Origin: Chloroflexota bacterium
GTDB taxonomy: Bacteria; Chloroflexota; UBA11872; VXOZ01
Assembly (NCBI GenBank): GCA_965219505.1
Contig: OZ244775.1
Span: 2,077,418-2,141,417, forward strand
Reading direction: 5' to 3'
DNA length: 64,000 nt
Position 1 is the first letter of the stretch; every line of letters starts with the position of its first letter. Below, one piece after another: positions 55,586-64,000 of the stretch. The position numbers and the translations under genes were made by a program. A model generated the notes under the pieces. The model saw only the letters and a list, made by a program, of their open reading frames with translations, searched no databases and was not told where the DNA came from.

Positions 55586-56403
55586 GCCGACTTCATCGTA
55601 GACGCCGTCTCGCCGCGACATTCGCCCAAACAAAAGCGGAGAACCGCGCCGCGCTGATCACGTTTGCCACCGTTGGGTATCCGACACCGGCGGACTCTGC
55701 GCACGTTGTGCGCGCCTTGCTTGCCGGCGGCTCAGACGTGGTGGAACTTGGCATCCCGTTCTCCGATCCGCTTGCCGACGGAGCAACAATACAACACGCC
55801 TCGCAGATTGCGCTCGAACAAGGCACGACGCTCAATATGGCGTTCGATCTCGTGCGCACCTTGCGCGCAGAAGGGGTAACCACGCCGCTGGTCTTCATGG
55901 GCTATTTCAACCCCTTCCTGCACTACGGCTTAGAGCGCGTTGTCGCGGAAGCGGCGGAGATCGGTCTCGACGGTTTCATCGTGCCGGACCTGCCCCCGGA
56001 AGAGGGTCAGGAATTTGCGACTCTTGCCAGGGCACACGACCTCGACCTCATCCCGCTCTTGGCGCCTACCAGCACTGAATCGCGCATCGAGGCCAACGTG
56101 CAGGCCGGTAGCGGCTTCATCTACTGCGTGTCGCTCACCGGCGTCACCGGCGCACGCGACCAGCTCTCAACCACGCTGCCTGAATTCTTGGCCCGCGTGC
56201 GGGGACACACCGACCTGCCGCTGGCTGTGGGCTTCGGCGTGTCGCGGCCCGCGCACGTGGCCACGATTGCTCAGATGGCTGAGGGCGTAGTCAGCGCAAG
56301 CGCGTTGATTAACATCTTGGATGAGACCCCCGCTGCCGAGCGTTACGGGGCCCTAACAGACCTGGTACGCGCTATGCGCGAGGCGACTGCCCACACACAA
56401 TAG
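55582..56403 (+). CDS. trpA: Tryptophan synthase alpha chain
   Basis: Contains [17 protein letters not shown] overlap with the trpB stop. Confidence 0.95.
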   Translation: MSRLHRRRRLAATFAQTKAENRAALITFATVGYPTPADSAHVVRALLAGGSDVVELGIPFSDPLADGATIQHASQIALEQGTTLNMAFDLVRTLRAEGVTTPLVFMGYFNPFLHYGLERVVAEAAEIGLDGFIVPDLPPEEGQEFATLARAHDLDLIPLLAPTSTESRIEANVQAGSGFIYCVSLTGVTGARDQLSTTLPEFLARVRGHTDLPLAVGFGVSRPAHVATIAQMAEGVVSASALINILDETPAAERYGALTDLVRAMREATAHTQ

Positions 56404-56421
56404 CCACAAAAGGGGCACCAC

Positions 56422-57111
56422 ATGGGCGTGCAGTTGTCTCAAGTCTTACCACGGGGTCGCTCGCTGGCTGAGTACGTGGGCATGTTCTCTCTCAGCACAG
56501 AAGACTTTGAAAAACGCATCCTTGGCTGCGCAGACGGCCCTGCGAGCTTCAACGCAGAGATGACGGCTCGCGGCTACCGGGTCGTCTCTTGCGATCCGAT
56601 CTACATTTTTGGCAGCCAAGATCTTCGCCCGCGCTTTGCTGAAGCCTTTGAAACAATCATGGGCCAGATGCCTGCGATGCGCGACAATTTCGTGTGGGAA
56701 ACGATACCGTCAGTCGAGGCGCTGGGCGAGATGCGGACGGCGGCTATGGAAGCTTTCCTGCGCGATATTGCGCACGGCAAGCAAGGCACTCGGTATGTCG
56801 CCTCTGCTCTGCCTCGCCTCGCATTTGCACATGACGCCTTCGACCTTGCCCTCTGCTCCAATTTTCTCTTTCTCTACTCCGAGCAATTAAGCGAAGCGTT
56901 TCACATTATGGCTCTGCGCGAGCTTTGCCGTGTCGCGAGGGAAGTCCGCGTCTTTCCCCTCCTGAATCTGGAAGGTCAAGTCTCGCCGCACCTCCGCCCG
57001 GCGCTGGCGACGCTCCGTCGTGAGGGCTTCCACACCACAGTTCGCACCGTACCGTATGAGTTTCTCAAGGGAGCTAACGAGATGGTAGTAATCGCACAGG
57101 CCAGTAAGTAG
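56422..57111 (+). CDS. Probable class I SAM-dependent methyltransferase
   Basis: Motif-I-like ILGCADGPASFN followed by YRVVSCDPIY. It starts 18 nt after trpA. This is a weak motif-level call. Confidence 0.5.
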   Translation: MGVQLSQVLPRGRSLAEYVGMFSLSTEDFEKRILGCADGPASFNAEMTARGYRVVSCDPIYIFGSQDLRPRFAEAFETIMGQMPAMRDNFVWETIPSVEALGEMRTAAMEAFLRDIAHGKQGTRYVASALPRLAFAHDAFDLALCSNFLFLYSEQLSEAFHIMALRELCRVAREVRVFPLLNLEGQVSPHLRPALATLRREGFHTTVRTVPYEFLKGANEMVVIAQASK

Positions 57112-57131
57112 CACAGGTTTGAAACCTGTGC
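57111..57131 (+). repeat. Palindromic repeat family R3 (GCACAGGTTT-G-AAACCTGTGC)
   Basis: It begins on the last base of the TAG stop at 57109-57111. It is a likely operon-end hairpin. Confidence 0.7.
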
Positions 57132-57289
57132 CCACCAAATAGGCCATCCATTCCGCATAGCGGAGATAACTTCCGGTCACAACTCAAAGTAGCCCACAAC
57201 CACGAGGCAGCAATTTTGGGTAGTGGGCAGTGGAAGAGCATTGTGAGGCCACAGTGAAGCCCCTTGGCAATAGGAGTACGTAGCCCAAC

Positions 57290-58096
57290 ATGCTGGAACT
57301 CGCCTGTTCCACGCTCTGCTTCACACAGCATCCGCTTGATGGGGCCCTACAGCGCATTGCGCAACTTGGCTTTCGTTATGTCGATCTGGGCGTCCAGCGT
57401 TGGGCGCACGTGAATGCACCGGAGCTTGTTAGCTCCGGGCAGCGCTTCTCAGACTCACTAAGTCGTAGCTTGGAAGCAGCAAACGTCGCACTAGGTGCAA
57501 TGAATGTGGGCATTGACCGGAATGCAGACGTCTCACTCGAACAGCAAACGACAGCTGTCTGTACGCTCGCTGCTACCCACGATCTGCCCGCAATCTGCAT
57601 CAATGCGCCTGCGAGCAATACTCCTCTGGGCGTTGCCACCACCGAGCTCCGTTCGCTCGCCGCCATCGCTGCCTCCTACAACGTGACTCTCTGTCTCGAA
57701 ACTCACGTCAACTGTCTCACCGAACTACCGGCGGTGGCCGTGCGCCTGGTAGAGTCTGTGCCAAACCTTGGACTCGCCCTCGATCCATCGCACTTCTACG
57801 CCGGACCGTGGCAAGGCCGCGACTTCTCTATCACGTATCCACATACGCACATCCTCCACCTGCGCGATGCCGGAAACTCACCTGAAAAGATCCAAATGCC
57901 GCCCGGTAAAGGGTGCGTCGATTTCGCCGAAATCCTGCGCGGCCTCACGCAGCACGGTTTCTCGGGACCGCTCGCCGTTGAGTACATTGACACGCGCATT
58001 CCGATGGATGCCTGCGACGACCACGTACGGCAGGTAAGAGAGATGGCGAATTTGGCGAAGACACTGCTCACCGAACGTAAAGAACCGTCTAGCTAA
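57290..58096 (+). CDS. Sugar phosphate isomerase/epimerase (xylose-isomerase-like TIM barrel)
   Basis: Contains LCLETHVN, LALDPSHFY and ILHLRD. Confidence 0.8.
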   Translation: MLELACSTLCFTQHPLDGALQRIAQLGFRYVDLGVQRWAHVNAPELVSSGQRFSDSLSRSLEAANVALGAMNVGIDRNADVSLEQQTTAVCTLAATHDLPAICINAPASNTPLGVATTELRSLAAIAASYNVTLCLETHVNCLTELPAVAVRLVESVPNLGLALDPSHFYAGPWQGRDFSITYPHTHILHLRDAGNSPEKIQMPPGKGCVDFAEILRGLTQHGFSGPLAVEYIDTRIPMDACDDHVRQVREMANLAKTLLTERKEPSS

Positions 58097-58237
58097 GCGC
58101 TCGCGTGCTGAACCGCTCTGACCGTTACTACGGAGTTCTCGCACCTAGATTCGCAACCAGGACTATTCTCCGCAAAATGGCATTAAGCCCCGCCGCAACG
58201 GCAGTCTGTTGCCCACACGGCCCCTGAGCCGGGTAGT

Positions 58238-58254
58238 GCAGGTTTGAAACCTGC
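58238..58254 (+). repeat. Palindromic repeat family R3 (GCAGGTTTGAAACCTGC)
   Basis: Lies 142 nt after the stop at 58096. The 15-mer CAGGTTTGAAACCTG is identical to the copy at 57111-57131. Confidence 0.7.
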
Positions 58255-58628
58255 GCCCGCCCGCTGTTGAGGCAATCACTTGAATTACCGCCGCATGTCA
58301 GGTCGTATAGAGGCCCAGATTCGGTTGGGTCCTGAGCGTGCAGTGCATGCCGACTTTGCCTGCTTTCCGGTTCAAGTCCAACTTTCTCGCCAGACGTGAG
58401 AAAGCACACCTGCTATACTCCTATCAGCGTAGCATTCATTCACCCAACGCAAGGATGCTGCGCTTGTTCCCTCGTCTCTTGCCGGATCGATGTTGATCTT
58501 TGGCTGACAGACGCAGAAGTTTGTAGACCGGAGCACCCCGCAATGACCGGGCCGCCGTTCCTGACGGAGTCAACACACTGCAACGGTCCGTTGTTCGAGT
58601 CACGAGCGAACCACTTAAGCAGGTAACT

Positions 58629-59915
58629 ATGGAAGCCGCAACAACTGCCGCCGCGACGCCTAGCCGTCCGAAGCTGCTGGCAGTAGGAAGCTGGGTATTC
58701 TACGACCTGGCCAACACGATATTCTCATTCAATATCGTGTCGCTCTTCTTCTCGCTGTGGATCGTCAACGACATGGGCGGCAAAGACAGCGACTACGGAC
58801 TCGCCAATAGTTTCTCCATGTTCGTTGTCTTCCTGGTCGCTCCTTTCCTCGGCGCGCTCTCGGACCAGACCCCGAGGCGCATGCCATTTCTTATAGCAGC
58901 GACGCTCGTGTGCTGTTTAGCAACGTTTCTGCTTGGCATCACCGGCATATTCGTCGCACTCTTGATATTCATCGTTGCCAACGTCTTCTATCAGTCCGGC
59001 TTGATCTTCTACGACTCGCTGCTGCCGGTGGTTAGCACGGAAGAAAACCGGGGACGCGTGGGCGGCATCGGCGTCGGCGTAGGCTACATGGGATCGTTCA
59101 TAGGCGTTCTGATGGGGTTCATCGTATTGGAGAGCAATCCTGACGCCAAGCCGCTTGTCTTCAAGCTCACGGCGGTTCTTTTCCTCATATTTGCGGTGCC
59201 GTGCTTCCTGTGGGTGCGCGAAAAGCCGCGCGTTGGCAGCGTAATGCTAGGCAAGCAAGCCGCTGCCCGTGCAATTCACGACCTGCGCAATACACTTGTC
59301 CGCTTGGGAAAACTACCAAACCTGCGGCGTTTTCTGATCGGCCGCGTCTTCTATACCGACGCCGCCAACACATTTATCATCTTCATGGGCATCTATCTGA
59401 CGAATGAGGTAGGCTTTACCGAGACAGAGGTCTACATTGCGTTAATGTTAGGCATCGCAGCGGCTTCGTTGGGCGGGATAACGTGGGGCTTTGTCGTTGA
59501 CTGGATTGGGCCAAAGCCGTCCCTGCTAGTCGTACTCGGGCTCTGGTCTATTGCCATCACTCTGACCTTCTCCATTCCTCTCTTTGGCCTCACGCCAGCC
59601 ATTTTCTGGGCAATCGCGCCGCTTGGAGGGTTTTCTCTGGGCAGCACCTGGGCCGCCGACCGTCCCTTGATGCTGCGTCTCGCGCCCGCGCAGCACATCG
59701 GCCAGTTCTACGGACTCTACGCCATGGTGGGACGCTTTGCCGCAGTACTCGGCCCGCTCCTTTGGTCGCTCATCGTAGACGGACTGGATTGGGGCCGTCC
59801 CGCCGCGGTGGCCGCCTTCCTGCCCATGATGGCCATTGCCGCGTGGTTCATCTTCCACGTAGACGACGCGGGGGAACCTGCAGCAGAAGCGGTAGAAGCG
59901 TCTCAGCCGGCTTAA
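58629..59915 (+). CDS. MFS transporter, UMF1/Atg22-like family
   Basis: About 12 TM helices. The N-terminal WVFYDLANTIFSFNIV is typical of the family as I remember it. Confidence 0.75.
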   Translation: MEAATTAAATPSRPKLLAVGSWVFYDLANTIFSFNIVSLFFSLWIVNDMGGKDSDYGLANSFSMFVVFLVAPFLGALSDQTPRRMPFLIAATLVCCLATFLLGITGIFVALLIFIVANVFYQSGLIFYDSLLPVVSTEENRGRVGGIGVGVGYMGSFIGVLMGFIVLESNPDAKPLVFKLTAVLFLIFAVPCFLWVREKPRVGSVMLGKQAAARAIHDLRNTLVRLGKLPNLRRFLIGRVFYTDAANTFIIFMGIYLTNEVGFTETEVYIALMLGIAAASLGGITWGFVVDWIGPKPSLLVVLGLWSIAITLTFSIPLFGLTPAIFWAIAPLGGFSLGSTWAADRPLMLRLAPAQHIGQFYGLYAMVGRFAAVLGPLLWSLIVDGLDWGRPAAVAAFLPMMAIAAWFIFHVDDAGEPAAEAVEASQPA

Positions 59916-60210
59916 ATAGATCCTCCTGCTGGGATTGCACCGGTTATGATGGGCGCGAGTGCCCGCGTCCAATCACATAGGCCAAGCATCCGTCCCTGAC
60001 GCCACAATGAGACCGGCACCAAGACTTGCCTAGTGTTCCCGTCAACCGTCCATTCGGCCCTCTTTGCCGTGGAACATCCAGCTTGTAAGTAAGAGTAGAA
60101 TCCCAACTCTAATCTCGTGGCAATCTTCCTTTAACACTGCTCTAATGCTATTCGTGCATCCTAAATGTAGGAATAGATGCCAACTTGCAGTCAGAAGGAA
60201 GTGAGAATTC

Positions 60211-60474
60211 ATGCCCCTCCGCCGCTTTGAGCAAGGACGAGCAAATGTGCTCGATTCACGGTTTCAAGACTTGCGTGGTATGCAGGTCTACGACCACCGC
60301 AATCGCCGGCTCGGCAAAGTAAGCGCCATTGTAGTAGACACGGAAAGCAACGAAACGGTCTATGCAGAAGTCGCGCCTCCGAGCATACTTGGCCTTGGCC
60401 GCCGATCCCGGTTGATTCGTTGCGCCTCGCTACGCAACCATCCTCGCGGCCTCCGTCTTACAGATAAGCGCTAA
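60211..60474 (+). CDS. PRC-barrel domain protein
   Basis: LRGMQVYDHRNRRLGKVSAIVVDTESNETVYAEV fits the PRC-barrel pattern. Its 3' end overlaps the convergent hydrolase gene by 17 nt. Confidence 0.55.
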   Translation: MPLRRFEQGRANVLDSRFQDLRGMQVYDHRNRRLGKVSAIVVDTESNETVYAEVAPPSILGLGRRSRLIRCASLRNHPRGLRLTDKR

Positions 60475-61486
60475 AGAAGTCGAAGGCTTTGGCGCCGCTA
60501 AATTGGTGCCCGCCGTCGAACTCATCGAGCCAGAGGCTTTCCGATACCTGCGCCGCTGCGTAGATGCTTTCCAAGTGTGCATACGCCTCACGCGCGGCCG
60601 CAATCGGAAAGCCTCCGTCTTGTATGCCGGACTCGATGAGGAGCGGCCGCGGCGCTACTAGGCCGCAAACATCGGCCACTTCCGCGTACTTGAGAATGCC
60701 GGGTACGAACTGAGATCCGCAGAAATTGCCTTGGGTGAGCGCATACTGCTTGAAGGTCGTCAAATAGCACACCACGTCAGCCGCTTTCACGCGCTCATCC
60801 GCTGCCGCAAGGTACATCGAGCGTGTGCCGCCAAACGAGAGGCCGATGCAACCAAGCCGGTCCGCGTCTACTTCCGGGCGGCTCGCCAGGTAGTCAAGTC
60901 CCCGCATGTCGTCCCAGGTATTGAGCGCCATCAGGTTCATGCCAAAAAGAAAGGTCTTGATGCCGTTCACGTTGCAACCGTCGCGGTTGCCGTAGCGCCG
61001 GAAGTCTTCTCTGCGCTCGCCAAAACCCCGCGCATCGGGGCACAGGGTTACAAATCCGCGCTTGGCAAGCTGCAGGCCGTAGTCATAATTGGCGCGTTCG
61101 ATCGCGCGGGCCCTATCTTCTTCACCGTAGTCCACATGCGCCACGTTATCCTTGCCGTTTACCCCGTGTCCGTGTAAGCAGATGATGCCGGGAGCGGGCT
61201 GTGCGACATCCTCCGGAATCAAGAGCCACGCCGGGACTTGCACATCTTCGGCGGTGGTGTACACCACTTTCTCGTAACGCACGCCAAACTGTTCACGCTG
61301 CGCAACGACGTGAGCCTCAAGCGGCACCTGCTCGGGAAACGGCTCCATGAGGTCCAGCAGCCTATTTCGTAACCGCTTTTGCCACACATACCACTCCTCT
61401 CGGCTCTCACCGGCAAAGTGCATGAGGGGCGGGTGCTTCTCAAAGTACGCCATGACATACGTATCGAAATCAAACACATCGCTCAT
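60458..61486 (-). CDS. Alpha/beta-hydrolase (esterase), distant paralogue of the duplicated modules at 36544-38733
   Basis: Contains ICLHGHG, DRLGCIGLSFGG (GxSxG), LVAPRP, GIQDGGF and FDGGHQFSG, in the same order as in the duplicated enzyme. Confidence 0.8.
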   Translation of the reverse strand: MSDVFDFDTYVMAYFEKHPPLMHFAGESREEWYVWQKRLRNRLLDLMEPFPEQVPLEAHVVAQREQFGVRYEKVVYTTAEDVQVPAWLLIPEDVAQPAPGIICLHGHGVNGKDNVAHVDYGEEDRARAIERANYDYGLQLAKRGFVTLCPDARGFGERREDFRRYGNRDGCNVNGIKTFLFGMNLMALNTWDDMRGLDYLASRPEVDADRLGCIGLSFGGTRSMYLAAADERVKAADVVCYLTTFKQYALTQGNFCGSQFVPGILKYAEVADVCGLVAPRPLLIESGIQDGGFPIAAAREAYAHLESIYAAAQVSESLWLDEFDGGHQFSGAKAFDFFSAYL

Positions 61487-61950
61487 GGGAATCCACTCCT
61501 TCTTTCTCAGCTTGAGTCATTTGCCAATCTCGATCTCTAGCCTGCTACAATCCTCTCCCTTCTGCTCATACTCCATGCGGGCTAATTCTCCGACTCCGCT
61601 GCAAACACGTCAAAGTACGGTCATGCCACTGCCTCACTTGGGATTCATAAGGCTTACGACCTTGATCTGCCCTTTCCACACGGCAATCGACGCAGCCGCC
61701 GGAACGCCCAGCTATCTGTGCTGCTCTGCCATCTCTGAAACCGCCGGCAACATTAGCTAGAGAACTAATGGCCGGTGCAATTCAAAATACTTAGCGTAAG
61801 GGCCTTCGTTTGAGAGGGATAAGCCCGCGAGCCCCTGCTGCTCCCTTGCCGGAGTTGCAGGCAGTCTGAGACTGGTGGGCAGGCACGCCATAGGGACAGC
61901 CCGAGTGGTTTCCATTCGGCCCACGCACACATTGTGACACTGGCCGGCTG

Positions 61951-62187
61951 TTACGACAATTGTGTCAATTCCACAACGTTGAACGGCACCTCGCGGGGGT
62001 TCTCCGGTCCAACGTAGATGGCGTCCGTTGGGCAATAGATCTCGCACAGCAGGCACGACTGGCAATCGTCCTGGTATCGAATGTAGGCTTTCTTCTTGTC
62101 ATCCATGCGGAGAACGTCTAACGGACAGACCTTTACACAAAGGTTACAGCCGATACACAGGTCTTCGTACACTTTTTCAATTGCCAC
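61951..62187 (-). CDS. 2x[4Fe-4S] ferredoxin
   Basis: Contains CIGCNLCVKVCP and CQSCLLCEIYCP. Confidence 0.85.
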   Translation of the reverse strand: MAIEKVYEDLCIGCNLCVKVCPLDVLRMDDKKKAYIRYQDDCQSCLLCEIYCPTDAIYVGPENPREVPFNVVELTQLS

Positions 62188-62373
62188 TACTTGGAATCTC
62201 CACTACGTACAGTATTGGGCCGCGATGCGACCTGAGCCAGGTGCCCAGACCCCGCACTCTATTGGCTTGTTCGAAATTGTGTTCTAATCAACGTTTTCAA
62301 AACCACAAGACACCTTGCGCGGTGTCACTCGGATAATCGGACCGACCTGGCGACACTGTGCACGCTCGTAGAA

Positions 62374-64000
62374 CTACACCGCCGCTGGTTCAAGTATTCC
62401 CAGCTTCTCTAGCCGGTCACGAGGTACGGAAGCGTACCGGTAGATCGGCTCATTACCCGCATCTGGCTCCGCGATTATCCACCGTAGCCAGCCATTATCG
62501 TCTCGCTGAGGATAGTCTTCACGGTAGTGCCACCCCCGGCTCTCCGTCCGCATGAGTGCCGCTTCGTACATCAATGCCGTCGTCAAAGCCGTCGCTTCCA
62601 CCTCGTAGCACTTGACAAGCTCATGGAAGTCCGGCGCAAAGAGGCGCGGCACCGCCTCCTGCTGCAGAGTCCGCACGTGCGCGAACGCGCGCTGCATGCG
62701 GTCACCATGCCGAAAGATGTTGACTTCCGTTGGCATAGCCTGGCTCTGCAGTTGCCCGTAAACAGCATCGGGGAGAAGGCCGTCCTTGCGCTCCATGGGG
62801 CGCAGCGCTTCCGCCAAGACATCCTCCGTCCTCGCAGCAGAAATCTCATCCCAATCGGCGTCCTGCGCAAACGCCCCCGCTCCAACACCCGCAGCGTATC
62901 CACTCCCGTTCGCCCAAGCGAGATTGAGAAACGTAATGCCGCTGGAAGCCCCCACCACGTATCCGCGTGTGGCCGCGTCACCGGCAACGTAGAGGCCAGG
63001 TACGCTAGAAGCCATCGAAGTATCGGCAATGTAGATCCCCGCAGAGCCCGAAACGGAACCGTTGAAACCGGGATGCCATTGCGTGAGCTCAGCAAAAAGG
63101 TCCTGTCCGCTACGGCGGGCGAGTTCAGCGATATGCTTGAACGCGTGCAACCACATCTCTCGATCTGTGCCGGGGACCGCGGAGAGATCAAGCTGAATAG
63201 GCCCCCGCCCTTCCCGGATTTCCGCCGCCATGCCGCGGGCGATCACGTGTATAGCCGGGGGTACCTTGTCCGAGTACTTGCCGAGAAACTGATCACCCTC
63301 GCCATTCAGGTACTTGCCGCCAATGGCAGCTAGAATGCATTGTCCGTGGCTATCAAAGCGCGTGTTGGTGGCAATGTAGCCGTTGGAGTATTCCATGTTC
63401 ATTAAGGCTGCACCAGCGTCCCACGCGAGCTTGTACGCCTCGCCACAGAGCATGTCATGGCCGAAGTGCGTCCCTTTCCAGGCACAACCTCCCGCAGCCA
63501 GCACGACGGATTTCGCCTGAATCAGGCAGAGCCGCTCATCCTGCCGCCGGATGCCCACGGCGCCGACAACTCGACCGTCCTGGACGAGGAGCTTCACGAT
63601 TGCGGCATGATCGAGTATCTTTGCCTTTTTCGTGCGCAGCACGTGCTTGCGCATCAGCTTCATCAACTCGACACTGTCCAAGCCGAGACGCCAAACTGTC
63701 TCACGCGACCCCACGTAGATGAGGCGGCGGTGAAGCGTGCCGACTTGGCCGCAGGCCGCGTCGTCGTACCGATCGAATGGCGCGTCCCAGCCATCTAATT
63801 CCGCAATACGCTCGTAATTCGCGTGCACCAGCCATTCGACCCACGCCGGGTCAATGAGAAGCTCACTTTCGCGGCAGTGTTCGCGCACAAAGTCTGAGGG
63901 ATCGTCATCCGGCGTCAGGTAGAGCACCACGCCACCCGCAAAAACGCTACAGCCGGATCCTCCCACGAATCCCTTGTCCACCACCAACGCCCGGCTGCCC
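62374..64000 (-). CDS. FAD-binding flavoprotein of the succinate dehydrogenase/fumarate reductase/L-aspartate oxidase superfamily, 5' end beyond window
   Basis: The frame stays open upstream of the TTG at 63987 (…GSRALVVDKGFVGGSG). It contains LYVAGDAA and the C-terminal RTESRGWHYREDYPQRDDNGW. Confidence 0.8.
   Translation of the reverse strand, partial: GSRALVVDKGFVGGSGCSVFAGGVVLYLTPDDDPSDFVREHCRESELLIDPAWVEWLVHANYERIAELDGWDAPFDRYDDAACGQVGTLHRRLIYVGSRETVWRLGLDSVELMKLMRKHVLRTKKAKILDHAAIVKLLVQDGRVVGAVGIRRQDERLCLIQAKSVVLAAGGCAWKGTHFGHDMLCGEAYKLAWDAGAALMNMEYSNGYIATNTRFDSHGQCILAAIGGKYLNGEGDQFLGKYSDKVPPAIHVIARGMAAEIREGRGPIQLDLSAVPGTDREMWLHAFKHIAELARRSGQDLFAELTQWHPGFNGSVSGSAGIYIADTSMASSVPGLYVAGDAATRGYVVGASSGITFLNLAWANGSGYAAGVGAGAFAQDADWDEISAARTEDVLAEALRPMERKDGLLPDAVYGQLQSQAMPTEVNIFRHGDRMQRAFAHVRTLQQEAVPRLFAPDFHELVKCYEVEATALTTALMYEAALMRTESRGWHYREDYPQRDDNGWLRWIIAEPDAGNEPIYRYASVPRDRLEKLGILEPAAV

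Noticed and set aside
1-64000. Mobile genetic elements, prophage genes, and rRNA or tRNA genes.
   Set aside because: No transposase, integrase, recombinase or phage structural motifs appear in any ORF. I saw no tRNA-like T-arm (GGTTCGAATCC-type) sequences and no rRNA-like stretches. Only short non-autonomous repeats are present.

Overview
This is a chromosomal window with about 50 protein-coding genes from a moderately GC-rich bacterium. I recognised no rRNA, tRNA, CRISPR array, transposase or integrase. The T-box-controlled trp operon, the CUT1-type sugar ABC systems and the SLSKG/ELVEG-type intergenic repeats make me guess Chloroflexota, but that is unverified.

Layout, in order:
- 5'-truncated moaA (2-706), then a DUF2089 / SHOCT-DUF4097 gene pair and a PBP5-type D,D-carboxypeptidase.
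- A tightly packed 11.5-kb minus-strand operon (4350-15830). It encodes a 1036-aa solute-binding protein with duplicated CBM-like modules, two MalF/MalG permease pairs, an NHL-TPR-Yip1 fusion protein and an 818-aa membrane-tethered unknown. It has no ABC ATPase. This is my best candidate for an undescribed system.
- A HEAT + FGE-like protein, a roughly 1-kb gene-poor gap, and a stand-alone Cas4-like nuclease.
- A housekeeping run: amine-dehydrogenase-like protein, Cof-type HAD hydrolase, FmdB zinc ribbon and glnA.
- A three-subunit xanthine-dehydrogenase-family molybdoenzyme.
- A plus-strand block with two leaderless Cys-type sulfatases, a Gfo/Idh/MocA oxidoreductase, a DUF815 ATPase, an orphan Tat-lipoprotein binding protein and a TIM-barrel epimerase.
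- A 729-aa esterase that is a tandem duplication of a whole alpha/beta-hydrolase.
- A block of Gfo/Idh/MocA, creatininase-family, SelA/DgaE-like, degenerate Nudix-like, kdgK and eda genes.
- A CE4 deacetylase lipoprotein.
- A complete trp operon, trpE-G-D-C-F-(DUF2281)-trpS-trpB-A, behind a consensus promoter and a Trp-specific T-box, with a methyltransferase appended.
- A TIM-barrel protein, a UMF1-type MFS transporter, a PRC-barrel protein, a third esterase paralogue, a ferredoxin and a 5'-truncated FAD flavoprotein.

Four families of short hairpin repeats sit in intergenic regions and account for several spurious ORFs. All functional names come from motif recognition by eye on the supplied translations. 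No database search, HMM scan or composition calculation was possible.
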